From assembly GCF_009834535.1 (NCBI RefSeq), contig NC_045697.1, positions 13,394,001-13,458,000 on the forward strand: a DNA stretch of 64,000 nucleotides, in the 5' to 3' direction. The notes under the pieces were generated by a model that worked only from the letters and a program-made list of their open reading frames with translations, ran no database searches and was not told where the DNA came from. The DNA is from Camelus ferus. Its lineage: Eukaryota. The stretch's first letter is position 1. Every line of letters starts with the position of its first letter. Made by a program: the position numbers and the translations under genes. Positions 24,440 to 37,750 of this stretch are shown one piece after another.

Positions 24440-25096
24440 CTGTGGGTGAGTATCCAGTTGTGCCAGGTTCTTTGCTAGGCATTCTGTGGGTTTAGAAGTG
24501 GGCTCAAAAGATGGGGCAGTGTGGACTTAGGGAGAGAAGGCAGATAAATAGATGCAAAGATATGACCTCTGTCCTCAAGGAGTATACAGTTGAATGGCCC
24601 CATTATGAGTAAGTATGCCAAAAGAAGCGCACAATCACAGGCTAAGGACATTGTTTGGTGGGGGTTTAAAAGAGGGGAGAAAAGGTCAGTCTGGGGTCCT
24701 CTGACAAAGCTTTCTGAATTATACAGAATAAAAAAAATTAACATGTTTAGGATTTTCTCCGCCCTTCCAAACTTACCTCTTCATTGACAAGTATAAAAGC
24801 AAGTTTGTCTGGTGCTACTTTTTAGTTCATATCATTGTAAAGAATTAAATATACATAAATAAATGCTGATAGAGCAAGCTTCGTACTATTAGGGTTTCTT
24901 TGTTTACTGTCATTTGGTGAAAATATATTTTTCTCATCTTTAAAAGTTTGCTTTTTTAGTTATAATCTTAGTGTGAGATGTAGAACAAAAATGGGTAATG
25001 ATGGAAAATTCCAGGGAATATAGATAGGTAATACAGGTAGGTGTAGGTGCAGTACAGTTGTATCCAGCATAGACAGAGGTACAGAATAGATACAGC

Positions 25097-25301
25097 AAAG
25101 GGGAGAGAGAAAAAGAGAGAGAGAGAGAAACCAAAAGAGAAAAAGGGAGGAAGGAAGGAAGGAAGGGAGGGAAAGAGGGAGGGAGAGAGAGAGAAAGAAA
25201 CCAAAAGAGAAAAAGGGAGGAAGGAAGGAAGGAAGGAAGGAAGGAAGGAAGGAAGGAAGGAAGGGAGGGAAAGAGGGAGGGAGAGAGAGAGAAGGGAGAG
25301 A
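25097..25301. repeat. Compound GA/(AAGG)n tract built from a duplicated higher-order unit
   Basis: GAAACCAAAAGAGAAAAAGGGAGG(AAGG)n GAGGGAAAGAGGGAGGGAGAGAGAGAGAA occurs twice. Confidence 0.95.
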
Positions 25302-25329
25302 CTGAGATGCAGGATTACGTTAACATCTA

Positions 25330-26065
25330 TTAGTATCTTCGTTGTGCTTACTAAGTGCAGGGCATTAGCCTGCATGCATTGTATGGATCAGTTCCTTAAT
25401 TTTCCTAATAACTCTGTAAAACAAATACTGTTATTACCCCAGATTCACAGCTGAAGAAACCAAAGCAAAGACAGGTGTACTAATTTTCTTCGGCTGATGC
25501 AACAAATAGCCACAAACTATGTGGTTTCAAATAACAGAATTGTATTCTCTCATAGTTTTGGAGGCTGGAAGCCCAAACCAGTATCACCAGGCTGATGTTA
25601 AGGTGTCATCAGAGTTGCACTTCTTGCCAGGCTCTAGGGGAGAATTGTTCCTTGATTTTTCATGTTTCTGGTGGCTCTTCCAGCATTCCTGGTTTTGTGC
25701 TGTGTCACTCCAGTCTCTGCCGCCATCTTCACGGGGCCTTCTCTTTTGGGTATGTGTCTCTCCTCTCTGTCGGTACCTAATTTCCCTCTGCCTTTTTTAT
25801 AAGGAAGAATCCTGTGATTACATCTATTGCCCACAGGGAAAATCCAGGCTAAGCCCCTCTCAATATACTTAATCACATCTGTAAAGATCTTTTTACCTTA
25901 TTGGGTAACAATTACAGTTTCCATGAATTTAATAGTTCATGGTATATTTAGTATATTTGTGGTATATTTAGTTACCTAAACTTTGAGGTAATTTTTATTC
26001 AGCCTACTACAAAAGGTTAGGTAATTTATAAAAAAAGATCACACAGCTTGTAATTAGTGGAAGCT
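25330..26065 (-). mobile_element. MIR SINE split by an MLT1 insertion
   Basis: CACAGCTGAAGAAACCAAAGCAAAGACAGG | TTAGGTAATTT…GATCACACAGCTTGTAATTAGTGGAAGC joins across 25476-26011. Confidence 0.75.
25476..26011 (-). mobile_element. MaLR LTR (MLT1C/D-like)
   Basis: TGTACTAATTTTC…ATTCAGCCTACTACA, with a 5-bp TSD ACAGG/AAAGG. Confidence 0.9.
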
Positions 26066-26285
26066 CTCAGATGCTCAGTGCATAAATTCTGTGTATCGAT
26101 AATTCTATTACTGCCCACCACTGATTTCTAAGGATGTTGCTGAGTGTAAACTAATTCTAAGAGAATGGAATGTTTTAATTTTATAACAAATTAGATTTAA
26201 ACTGTATCCACTTAATTAAGGTTTTGGATTCTTCAAGATCCACTTTCATCTCAGAGCCATTTGTTTCTCATTATATATTTTAACC

Positions 26286-26384
26286 TTTTTTTCTTTTTTT
26301 TTAATGGAGATACTGGGGATTGAACCCAGGACCTCATACATGCTAAGCATGTGCTCCACCACGGAGCTATACTCACCTCCCCCC
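26286..26384 (-). mobile_element. tRNA-derived SINE, Vic-1-like (short form)
   Basis: T-tract then TACTGGGGATTGAACCCAGGACCTCATACATGCTAAGCATGTGCTCCACCACGGAGCTATAC; TSD-like ATATTTTAACC/ATATCTTAAAC. Confidence 0.92.
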
Positions 26385-27189
26385 ATATCTTAAACTTTAT
26401 TTCAAGGGTTGTGGCTGGTATAAAAAGGGCACCAACAGTGACTGCAAGAACCAGGTACCAGTGGCTGCCTGACTCAGACATCAATGTTCAGGCCTTGCTA
26501 TGACACCTCTATAGAGTCACTAAAAAAATCAGGATGTGTTTTAATTTTATGAACTTTCTCTCAAAGGCACATTTTGTTTCTAACAGCAAACACTTCCTTG
26601 CTTACTTTGTGAAGAATTACTTCATGTGGTTTAAGATTTTTTAACTCTCTAATCCATCTTACAATAATGTGAGGAAAGCTTACAAAAATAATCATGTTTT
26701 CATCAAAATAATCCAGTGAATTACAGAAACAAACCTATCTACGTCATAACAATGATTTTTTGTTGTTGTTGTTACAGCACCTGAAATATTACCTGGGGAT
26801 ATTTTGATATTGATTTTCTCTAAGTCCAGTGAAATCATCTCAAAGACTACGTGGAGGCTTCCATCGACCCCTCGCAGTGGAGGAGTATTATAAAGCCTGA
26901 TGTGGAAGTTATTTAAATTCCGTAGTGACAGGGCTGCAATGAAAATCAGTCAGAGTACAAACCGGGTTAATTTTATTCTGTGTAGGCAGTCTGATGTTAA
27001 TTATGAGGTGTGGTAAAACTACCACTTTCTTGATGAATTGTATAATCACCTGAATAATAATTTGAATATATTTAAGAATCCAGTTGTGTGTTAAGTATTT
27101 CAAAATGTTAAAGAGCATGAATTTTATGATTATATACAATATATGCTTATCTATATACATATATGATCATACGTATGTATATGAGTGGC

Positions 27190-27420
27190 AGCATGGAGTC
27201 CTGAAAACAGGATGGACTAGAGTTTTAAGTGTAGGATTTATTTTCTTGCTCTCCATCGATTACTGGTTGTAGAACTGTGAGCAACTTTTCTGACTTCTCT
27301 GTGAGTCCGTTTCCTCATCTATAAAATAGGGAGACCGTTGACACCTACCTCATAGGATTGTTAAGTTGGTTTAAATGAAATAAGATATGCTCAATAGACT
27401 GCATGGCACCTGTAAGTGTT
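27190..27420 (+). mobile_element. MIR SINE
   Basis: CTCTGTGAGTCCGTTTCCTCATCTATAAAATAGGG…ACCTACCTCATAGGATTGTT. Confidence 0.85.
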
Positions 27421-27699
27421 TTCTATCTAAACTCTAAATGCATAATGGTATTTTTTTTTACTGGGGGGCTCTTTACATATGTGGGAGCCCTAAGCCTAAA
27501 CAAGATGGAAATGTTGCTGGGGCAGGATGCTGGGACCCAGTCACTATCCTCACTTCATTACTACTGACCCAACTCCTACAGTGAACACCTGCAGAGCAAC
27601 CCAGAAACAGTTCGAACACTACAAACACACACTGGATCATCTGTACCTAAAGATGAATGGTTCAGTTCCCTCTCTCTCTCCATAGAACATGGAGCTATA

Positions 27700-28050
27700 G
27701 GCCTCCCCTCACTTTTCAGGAGCCCAGGGCAAAGTACAAATGGAGGGCCCCTGTTACATGTCTAAGTAGTTGCAACTGAAGCTAACATTCCATTAAATAA
27801 AATGTATCTCCCCTCCTATATTTAAAAGTGACGTGGAGGGCCAGACTCAAATGGAGAATTGCAAACTCCTTGGAGTTCTGGCCTCTTGTCCCTGCCCCAA
27901 GACTATCCCCCTTCTCTTCCCATTTCCAAGTTTATCCCATACCACAGTGGGCTACACACACATGCAAGAAGAACACGCCACAGCTTCATCCACACCTCAC
28001 AGCCAAAGAGCCCACTTCCCTCTCTACACAAGGCCAAGTGGGGAAGGAGG
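27700..28050 (+). mobile_element. hAT-Tip100 DNA transposon relic (MER115/Zaphod-like)
   Basis: CCCAGGGCAAAGTACAAATGGAGG…CATGTCTAAGTA…AAGCTAACA…TTAAATAAAATG resembles the remembered consensus. Confidence 0.55.
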
Positions 28051-28249
28051 TTCATAATCCTGACATAGGTTTTTCTGATGTTGCTTTTGTTCCACTTGCT
28101 GGGTGTCAGGTTGATTTAGCCATCTTTGCCCACTTGGTTACTTCTAATAACTGCAATCTTTTGACCAGGCTTTTACAGGGAAATGGAAATCATGGAGACA
28201 AAATGGAGAGAACTATTGATTTTCAACAGTCGGTGATGTATTTGAGTGT

Positions 28250-28620
28250 ATGCATTAATTAATTCAGGTTGCAATAAAAAAAAAATACCACCGACTGATT
28301 GGTTTGAACAATAGAAATTTCTTTTCTCACAGTTTTTGGAGGCTGGAAGTTCAATATCAAGGTGCCAGCAGAGTTGGTTTCTCTTGAGGCCTCCCTCCTT
28401 GGCTTGTAGCTGTCTCTCTGCCACTGCGTCCTCACAGGGCCTTTTCTTGTGCACCTGCATTCCTGGTGTCTCTGCTGTTTATAAGGACACCAGTCTAATC
28501 GGATTAGGGACCCAACCTTACGACCTCATTTAACATTGTCTCCTTAAAGGCCCTATCTCTAAATGCAGTCACACTGGGGGCTTTACATATATCATTTAAT
28601 GAATTTAACACAACTATATA
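28250..28620 (-). mobile_element. MaLR LTR (MLT1B-like)
   Basis: TTCTCACAGTTTTTGGAGGCTGGAAGTTCAATATCAAGGTGCCAGCAG…TATAAGGACACCAGTC…GGATTAGGG…AAAGGCCCTATCTCTAAAT. Confidence 0.88.
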
Positions 28621-30765
28621 AAGATTGAATAGTCTTCCTAGTTGATAAATGAGGAATCTGAGTTTAAGTAAATTGCCCAGTAATATTTAAGCCAAAAACT
28701 GTGTGACACCATCACTTCGCCTTCTGGTAGGTCCAATGCAGGGAGACTGAGATCTTTTTTGTCCAGAAAAGAGTTGCCTCTCTTTGCCCAGAATTGCCTG
28801 AGGCAAAGCAAAAAGAATACATTGTCCTGAAGAATTTATTATTTGTACTTCCAATCCCCACTAATGCAGTGGTAGCAGAGGCACCCCCGAAGACCTGACC
28901 ACTTCTGATTCCTGAATTCACGACGCCAAGAAACCTGTGTAATAAAGACGACTTTGGTAGAAATGTAAGGTACTGCTTACGTTTTAACCGCATGACTCCA
29001 CACAGGACTTTTATCATAAAGAATTTGATCCCGTTCCTTTCGGTTTATATTTCTTTTTCACTAATTCCTGCCACAACATACTCCTTGATGAACCTGTGAA
29101 GGTTCAGGGGAAAATGAAGTTCCAGTAAAAGTGGTCACGGTAATTAACAAATGAGGAAATCTCACGGAGCAGAAATTGATTGAGTGAGAATATTCGTTCT
29201 TTTTTTTTTTTTTTTTTTTTTGGTGGTATTCTGAACTTCTAATCACAATATTCCGTTCATTGCTGATTCAATACGAAAAAGGGTGCAACTTATCTCTGCT
29301 CTTAAAAACCTTTCTCTTCTTTGGAGGCCAGTCACAGAGCCAAGCACTGGCCTCGGGACACTTTGTTCGTAGGGGCATCTCTCTCCCCTCCTGGTTCCAG
29401 GTGTAGTTCTACTGTCCATGTTGGAGTTGCCCCTGGGCCTGGGTTTCTCGGAAAAGGCAGCTGTTCTGGTTTGTTTAGAATATCTTTCTCCCTGAAAGCT
29501 GTTTTCCTTTGACTAACCTTCAGTTTTCATTTGTAAACTAGAAAAAATGAAAGTAGAAATTTCTTTGAGCTAATTTTGTATCCCAGAAATATAAAGCAAG
29601 TCAAATATACCCAAAAGGTAATAGTCTATACCGTATAGTTAAAAATTATGAAACTGTAAGTAATCATGTAAAATGTTGTTTCAAAAATGTTTGAATATTT
29701 TACTATATACAATTGCACCTTTAGAGATAGATCTAATAATAAGAATAATGTATCCCTTGGTTTTTTTTAATGACCATTATCACAATGAGCATTATTATTA
29801 CTATTATTATTACTAGCATTATGACATTAGAAAACTTTCTACTTCTCTATTAACTTATTTTTCTATTTTTATAATACCTGAACTTCCAAATAGTTTTCAT
29901 AGAAAATAATGATATCTGTGTAACCTCTGGATATTAGGAAAAATAGGAAGTTGAATTAATAGTTGGAATTATATTAAACAGATTGAATATGGACATGTCT
30001 TATAGGCCTTTAAAGTAAGCTAAATTAACATAATGAATAAACTATTTAATTTTTGTTAAATAGACCATTTACAACTTTTATATAGGCGATGAGGAGATGG
30101 GTTGAGTGGGCAGAGGGTAGAGAATAAAAACACAATTAGTGTGGTGCATAGTATAGAAATAATCGTGTCAGAGGACCAGTCATTAAACCCATATGGATGA
30201 CAGGCATAACAGAATTTGCTTGTCATTTCTATAGAGAGATTTTTTTCTGGCCTCATAAAGTAAGAATATTTAGATGGGATTGAGGTAGGTTATATCAGGC
30301 CATGAGCTTAGCCCAAGCTAGGCCTGGACCGAGGCAGACTGCATTGTCCTATATTCCTTGCCATTTGGTTTGCTAGCTAATGATGACAGCTCCTGTCCAT
30401 CCCAATACTTTGAATTCCATGTTATGTAAGCCACTCTTTGTCTTTGTGACATAGTTAGATAGCTAGAACCGTGATTATGTAGTTTGGGTATTTCTGCACA
30501 ACAAGATGTCATGAAGGTCAGGGCACTGGAAAAATTCATAAAAAGTGACTTGCTGCTCTTAAAATTTATGTACATATATATATTTGAAGGGGGTTGGGGT
30601 TGGAGTGGGAAGGCCCTCCTGGATGGGCACTAAGTACATGGGATTTGGGATTTGATATCAAGAGTGGGTGTTTGATGTGGGAAGTCAGTGAGAACTATGC
30701 TGAATATGTGAGAGTTGGGGAACATGGTTGCCAAGTCCCACGAGTTCATGTATGTGGTCCAGTTA

Positions 30766-30810
30766 CACACACACACATGTACACACACTCACACACACAC
30801 ACATATACAC
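30766..30810. repeat. Imperfect (CA)n
   Basis: ACACACACACATGTACACACACTCACACACACACACATATACAC. Confidence 0.85.
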
Positions 30811-30819
30811 GAGGTTTAT

Positions 30820-31040
30820 AAGGTAATATAAGAATATAAACTTTGCTCTCAGGTGGACCCAGATTCATGACACAGATCCACCACAAAGTTATTTAAACTC
30901 TTACAGCTTCAACTTCCTCACCTGTGAAAGGAGGTTCCAAGCCCTTATTTCTGAGAATTGCTGTGAAGATTGAATTTTAAAATAGCTATGTGCAATGTTT
31001 TCAGTGGCATTTCTGTCACAAAGGAAGCGCCTAGTCAATG
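30820..31040 (+). mobile_element. MIR SINE
   Basis: AAGTTATTTAAACTCTTACAGCTTCAACTTCCTCACCTGTGAAAG…TTGCTGTGAAGATTGAAT. Confidence 0.7.
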
Positions 31041-32364
31041 ATACCTTCAAGTATGGTTTCAACGGTCATGGCTTTGTCTATGTTAATGAGTTGAAGCTCA
31101 ATCTCACACAACGTACTATATGTTCCCAGGAACATTCATGGAATCAGTGAATTCCTCTAAGACTTTATAGCCCAGATTATTTCTGCTCTCAGTTTCTACA
31201 GACACTTAGAAAAAGTCTGGCTACGGATAGGCAGGAAGGGGCATGATGGGGGTGTGTTGCAGTGGATTGGTAGACTTTATTTTCCAAATATGGTCACAAG
31301 ATCGTCTCCCTTCCTGAACTGTGATCTATAATGCCCTATCAGGAAGCGATGATTCCAATCCTTTCTGAAGTCCAGATCTACTCCTGACTTTCCTGTAGTT
31401 TATTTGTTCATCCCTTACTTGAGTTCGGGAAATCAGGATACTATCGTCTCCCAGCTTTTCCTCTAAAACCATAACAATTAAGTTTCTTTTTCCTACATCT
31501 GACAGTGTTAGTACTGCCAAGGACCTGCGGAGTGCCTTGTATTTAGTTAGTACTCCACATCGGGGTTGGGGGTGGGGTTCCCAAACCCAACAATGAGGAG
31601 ATAAGGATGCATTTTACACAACTTATGCAGTTGCAAGGAATTATCTTTCTTCATTATTCATCTTCTCATATATTTCTCAAGCTCTATTATTATGTAGATT
31701 TCCCCCTCCCCCAGCATTTTCACATAGTTAATGTAACCTCAACCCTGATGTTCAGGAAAATTTGTAACCAAAAAATAATATTTTGATTTCTTAAAGTACT
31801 TCGAAGTGCTTAAGTATGTAAGTGAATAGAACCAGGATTCATCATTTTCTCCAGAAGTCATTTTGAAATACGCTTTACAAAAATGTTATGTAAAGAATGT
31901 CAAACCACAATACATGTGTTTTGTGAAAATGCTGAAACATCTGTTTTTAGATGAATAACGGTTAAACATTGATGAGAATATCATAGTTTCTTCAAAGCAC
32001 TTCAGATTGTCTTCACATAAATGTACTCATTTGTTTCTCACAATAGGGCTTTTCTCCTCTTCCCATTTACACATGAAATAATGGTGAAGCCTGGGAAGTT
32101 ATGTGACTAAAGTACCCAAAAGCCAGACCACAAAGCTGGGTTGTGTGACTGCTTGGATTTGAACATCTATGTTCTACCTTTACATTCAGTGCACTGTATA
32201 CTGGCTCACAATGAAACTGACACATTCACTCAGCAAGGATTTACTGCATACACAGTGTAGACCAGGTGCTGAATCCATTGTAATGTGGCAAACCTTCTAT
32301 TTTTCATCATGCTCTTCTTAATCTAATGAATCAAGTAATGGCACTTATAAGTAATAATTAAAAA

Positions 32365-32880
32365 TATAACAGTTCCTCAAATAACCATGTGATCCAGCAA
32401 TCCCACTTCTGAGTATATACACAAAAGAGTTCAAAGCACGGACTCACAGGTATCTATGCACCAGTGTTCATAGCAGTGCAAGTCACAGGAGCCAAAAGAT
32501 GGATGCAAGCTAAGTGCCCATGGACAGATAAATGGATAGACAAAATGTGGGACAGACATACAATGGAATATTATTCAGTTCTGAAAAGGAAGGAGATTCG
32601 GACACGTGCCACAACTTGAAGGAAACCTGAAGTTCCTGGAGTAATCAAATTCATAGAGACAGAAAGCAAAATGGTGGTCACCAGGGTCTGGAGTTGGGGG
32701 AGAGGAGAATTCATGTTTAAAGGATATGACGTTTCAGTTCAGGAAGATGGAAAAGTTCTGCAGACTGATTGTATAACCATGTAAATGTACTTAATGTCAC
32801 TGAACTGTACACTTAAAAATGGCCAAAATGGTGAATTTTGTGTTATGTGTATCTTACCATAAAAACTAAATAAATAAAAT
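32365..32880 (+). mobile_element. LINE-1 3' end (L1MB-like)
   Basis: CCATGTGATCCAGCAATCCCACTTCTGAGTATATAC…CATACAATGGAATATTATTCAG…ACTGAACTGTACACTTAAAAATGG…A-rich tail. Confidence 0.9.
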
Positions 32881-32884
32881 AGGA

Positions 32885-33105
32885 AAGCATGCCATGTAGT
32901 GCACTAAACATTTTATATATAGAGACAGAGTTATCCCATTTTGTCTCAGTAATCATTATTTTCTCCTTGTTACACATGTGCAATCTAAGATTCAGAGAGG
33001 TCAAAACCTTTGTTCAAGGTCACTCAGCGGGATAGAAGCACAGCTAGGCTGTGATCACAGTACTCAGTAACACCAAACCTGGCGTACTAATCACCATGCT
33101 CTACG
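32885..33105 (-). mobile_element. MIR SINE
   Basis: CTAAGATTCAGAGAGGTCAAAACCTTTGTTCAAGGTCACTCAGC. Confidence 0.7.
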
Positions 33106-33199
33106 CTTTACTGACAGCGCTTTGACGCTACCGTGCACCATTGCTTCTGACTTCTAACGTTTTGGTCGAGAGGCTACCTGACAGGTGTGTGTCTGTGTG

Positions 33200-33375
33200 G
33201 TATTTATGCTCCTTTGAAAGCTATGTCTTGATTCTCTTGTTTATCCTTTGTTTTTGATATCCAACAAATTTACCGTAATGAATCTAGGTGTGATTTATCT
33301 CTGTATTCATATCTCATGGAGTTCGTAGAATTTTGTGACTCAGTGGCTTTATAGCCTTTGTAAGTTTTGCAAAAT
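33200..33375 (-). mobile_element. Old L1/HAL1 ORF1-region fragment
   Basis: TTTATCCTTTGTTTTTG…AATGAATCTAGGTGTGATTTATCTCTGTATT is typical antisense L1M ORF1. Confidence 0.55.
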
Positions 33376-34374
33376 CAAGTTTTATAAAGCTATCCAAAGG
33401 AAATACAAAGCTATAAACTTAGAAATCGTCATACAATGAATATCTATATTACAAATACTCTCAAGAGGACAATGATTTTTATATTTTATTTAGAGAAAGA
33501 CAGATGTTAAAATTTAGATTTTTCAAGGATTATTCACAAACGTCCACTTAGTATGAATACTTTATAAAGTTAGTAGTTCACAGTTGATGGCTATATCTAT
33601 ATACTTTACATGAAATAAACTTTTCATGCCAATTTCTTTTGTTTCTTGATAGTCTATATCACTCTAGTAGCAGAAAAGAATCATAAAGGTATTTAAATCT
33701 ATTTATGATAAATCCAAGAGTTGTCTCTCCTTCAAATTGATAGTCAGGAGGAAAGTATTTGTCCAGACTCTGACAGACAACCTCACAACTTTTTTTCTTT
33801 AAATCTGAGATACACCCAGGACAATGATGCATGGTTTCCTGTTGCTTAAAATGTTAGTCTGGGCATGAGTCAGATGTCAAAAAAGCAAACTTAGAGGAAA
33901 ATCTCTTTCATTTACTGGGATAGTATGAAAAGTCACAGTCATGTGGATGCCTATAGACACTGTATTTGAAAATAAACACTCAATTGCAGTGGTCTTGTTT
34001 TGGTCCCAGTTATCATAGTAGGAAAATGGCATAACTCACTGCTTAGTGAGTCACGGAGATGGGTCAAGAGAGGTAAATGCCAGCTGGTGGTTGGAACCAA
34101 GCAACATTATAGTGATGAAGCTGATGTTTCTTGAGGTTGGGTTTATAATGGTGGTGTCAAAATCATAAGGAAAAAATCACAATAGGACCATTTTACTTTG
34201 GCTTTAAAGTGTGTGTGCATCATTATTAGATGTACACTTCGCTTTTCATATCCAACCTGTAAAGTGCGTAGGGCACACCTGGAAAGACACACAAAAGGAT
34301 TTGTCTGAGGTCCTAAAATTTGAAGTATAATATATAGAGCATCAGACTTGGGATTTAAAACAAGCCTTCCATTT

Positions 34375-34760
34375 GTCTTCCAAGAAATTTGCAATCTGTG
34401 TTTGTTGAGCACCTACTAGAGGTAAAGCAGTGAACCTGGTCAGTGAACCAATAACAGGCCAGAATGAAAGTCTGAAATTTTAGAGGCTTCAAAGTCTAGT
34501 AAGAGGGACCAAAAAAAATCTATCTCTACATGTATTTTATATATTATGTATATATAAAAATATATTTCACAGGACATTTACAGCATCGTATGGAAGGCTA
34601 AATGGAAAGACAGCAAACCTCACCTAACACTTTTCCTAGGATTGCTGAAGGATCACCTATAGGAAGTCTTAGAGAAGAAAAGAGAGAATGACATCTCAGA
34701 TGGAAAGCATAGCCTGCTCAAAAGGAACAGAGAAAAATGGACATGGCCAGATTACAAAAT
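34375..34760 (-). mobile_element. L2 LINE fragment
   Basis: TGTTTGTTGAGCACCTACTAGAGG…CAGATGGAAAGCATAGCCTGCTCAAAAGG. Confidence 0.6.
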
Positions 34761-34849
34761 GCGTGTTTTGATACGATATGTTGGTGAGGGGAGGTCAACA
34801 TGGCTAAAATCATAAAAAGCCCTAGCGTTTCCACATCTATCTGCTGGAG

Positions 34850-35255
34850 ATTATAGTGGCTATGCTGATCCTGAAGGCAGCATGCCTGATCAGTGTAATA
34901 ACACAGAGATTCTCCCAGTCACCGGAGCGTCAGGGGCTTATAGCTCTCGGCTGACTTTCTGGGGAATTGTCCTCAGCTGAAGAAAGCCTCTTCACCCATG
35001 GCCAAGCCTCTAGGCAACTGCTGTTGATATGAGAGGTCCTCTTGCCTCTGCTTGGGACAACTTTGGGAGGCCATCTCAGCCCCAAAATTCCCTCTAGAAT
35101 TGGCCGTGGATGCTGGGACCACTGGCAGCTCGCCACATCCTCCTGCCTGGACCTGCTTCCTCACTCCCACACAGGTGTTGCTCCCTAGCACTCTCCAACC
35201 AACTTCCGAAACACAAATCTATCTCAGGGTTTATTTTCCCAGTGTCTTAACCACC
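34850..35255 (+). mobile_element. ERVL solo LTR (LTR16-like)
   Basis: GGGAATTGTCCTCAGCTGAAGAAAGC…CCTGCTTCCTCACTCCCACACAGGTGTTGCTCCC…CACAAATCTATCTCAGGG. Confidence 0.75.
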
Positions 35256-35459
35256 TTTCCCAGGGTTGTTAAAAATCTAGGGAAAAAAATATGTGAAAAA
35301 AGCTTTTCCCCTAGATGACACCCTTCATGAACCCTAATTATAAAATCAACTATTATGTAAAACAGGTATTAACTGTGGACAGCTGGAGAGTCTATAATGG
35401 CTGGGATGTCAGAGACAGACTATAGAGTATTAAGTTCAAACCCTTCACCTAATTGACCA

Positions 35460-36490
35460 CATTGTTATTAATTCCTTATTAAAGTTACCAAAGTAATACT
35501 TGCACATGATTAAACAAAGAAATTGCATGGAATGGCCTATGATTCCAAAAAAAAAAAAAGCCTCCTGTCTGACCCACCCCTACCACCATCACATCCATTA
35601 TACAATCACTGTCCAACACTCCATTTCTTAGCTACAATCATTCTTTTTTGTTGTTGTTTATTCCCCTGAAGTTTCCTTTCTAATGCTAAATTATATCTTT
35701 GCTACCTTTATTAATGATCAACTTAATATGCTGCCCCTTCACTTCCAGTTCCTACCTTTCCATTCCAAACTTCTTTTTTTAATTGAAGTACTGCTGATTT
35801 ACTATGTTGTGTCAGTTACACAACAGCATAGTGTTTCAGTTACACATAGCGATCAGTTACACATCTACGTATTCTTTTTCATATTCTTTTTCATTATAGG
35901 GTATTACAAGATATTGAATATAGCTTCCCCTGTGCTGTACAGTAGGACTTTGTTGTTTACCGATTTTATATATAGTAGTTTGTATCTGCAAATCCCAAAC
36001 AACCTTTTGATTGTTAAAATTTTATTACTTTAGTGAAACTGTTACCCTTAAATGATAGTCTCAAACCTCTATTGATTTTTCTGTAGTTAAAAGTAGTATC
36101 TCTAGACTTGATGTGATGTTAGATAAGGATGTTAGCATCTCTCTCTTCCTTCTCCCTCTTGCTTCCTTCTATGTTTATCTACAAGTTTGGTCCATTTGTG
36201 TCTTAATTGACAAGATTTGAAAATGCTCAGTAACCAAAATTCAGTCCTTTACTTGATGACACAAACAAAGTTTACATTTTTGTGACTCATTCAATGCTGT
36301 GTACTACATAACAAAGGAGAGTGCTTGAGTGAACATGTCCTTTACTACAGCCTCAATTTAATAACCTTATTGGCATTGTAACACATGCAACACAGGTGTC
36401 AGATCAAATATCTCTTTCCTTACCCTCCACTGATTGCTCAAAATCATGCCACATTTTGCTTTGCATATTATTTTGAAAATACATGTCTCT
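35460..36490 (-). mobile_element. Old L1ME-like fragment hosting a younger L1
   Basis: AAAGTAATACTTGCACATGATTAAA followed by a decayed T-rich 3'UTR. Confidence 0.5.
35772..36000 (-). mobile_element. Artiodactyl-type LINE-1 3' end
   Basis: TTTTTTTAATTGAAGTA…TTACAAGATATTGAATATAGCTTCCCCTGTGCTGTACAGTAGGAC…ATCCCAAAC. Confidence 0.9.
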
Positions 36491-36624
36491 ATTTCTCTTC
36501 ACAAAATTTTATTTTCCTCTCTTGGTCTCTAAAACTCTGGCATGCATGTGCCCCATAACAGCTATGTCAGTCCCAAGCTTAAGTGAGCTCTCCTTTCCAG
36601 ACACTTCTCTTGTGTTTACCTATT

Positions 36625-36842
36625 CTCTGGTTTCTCCACCAGGGCACTGTTCGCATGCTGGGCTGTACAGTTTGTTGTTCTGGGGGCTGACCTGTGTGTT
36701 GCAGGATGTTTCTCAGCATCCTTGGCCTCTACCCCCTAAATGCCAGGAGCATCCTCTCTTCCCAAGTTGTGCCAATGAAGTGTCTGTAGACATTGCCAGA
36801 TGTCATCTGGGATTTAAAATCCTCCCCCGTTCAGAACCACTA
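36625..36842. mobile_element. MER20 hAT-Charlie MITE
   Basis: CAGCATCCTTGGCCTCTACCC…CCCAAGTTGTGCCAATGAAGTGTCTGTAGACATTGCCAGATGTC…GTTCAGAACCACT, about 218 bp. Confidence 0.88.
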
Positions 36843-37574
36843 ATCAATACAAATTAGTTATATAACCTAATGTACCATATGCTCCTTTTCGAGACTGACA
36901 AAGCTGAAGATGCTGCCCTCTGGTAATCTTCCTGCTCTTTCCTCAGCCTTCAGAATGGTTCACAGGGAATGGGATAAAAGCTTTCTTCTCCAGGTCTTAT
37001 GGTGGGTATATTTCTCTTTTAGAAAGATTGATGGACAGGCCGACATAATTACCAACAACACTCCATGGTGGTGAATATGTTTTGCAAGCTGAGTAAACTG
37101 AGTTGATAAGGCTAAATACCATTTGCAAGACCTGCTTCTTCACAAAAAGCCTTGGCATTGATGTGACTCTAGTTGTGGGCACATGATTTCATCTTTGTGA
37201 CCTTCTCATTATGAGTCATAATACTGATTAGAACCATCAACTAACAATCAACAAGAAGAAGAGCGTTAAATATAGAACCAAGGCAGAACACGATTTAAAA
37301 ACATTCAGCGAGGGAAATAACACCTCCAGGATTTAATGGTCCTCATGGTAGGAAAAAGTTCCAGTTCCTCAGCCTGCCCATCCCCCAGCCAGCTTTTCAG
37401 GAATTAGAGAAGGAAAATCTGGATTGCATTTTAAGAATAGGAAATCTAACTTAATACCCTTAAATTTAAACCAGTAGGCTTAGTGAATATATTTCCCCAA
37501 CCTTTAATTCTTCAATCAAGAGAAAACAGAGTACTGAAAATCCGTAGAAGGCAAGTAACATTTTTTTTTAGTCC

Positions 37575-37750
37575 CTTGTAAGTCCAGATACTCACAGAGA
37601 ACTTTTAACCTATCCAATCCTTTAATACTTACAGTGTTTATCACCTCCTCTGTTACCCCGACTCCCTCAGAGAAGTAAAATCATTTACTCGAGGTCTCAC
37701 AGCTGGTAACCAGAAGTGCTTTGGTTCAAATTGGTGTCTTCTGTTATCAG
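37575..37750 (-). mobile_element. MIR fragment
   Basis: CAGAGAAGTAAAATCATTTACTCGAGGTCTCACAGCTGGTAA. Confidence 0.55.

Noticed and set aside
27828..28262. Longest ORF (144 aa); also 59580..59996 (138 aa)
   Set aside because: Both use a non-ATG start, overlap transposon relics and show no recognisable domain. Such lengths are plausible by chance in 64 kb.
33080..33170. Small CpG cluster
   Set aside because: It is short, lies at a MIR/L1 boundary and has no supporting motif.
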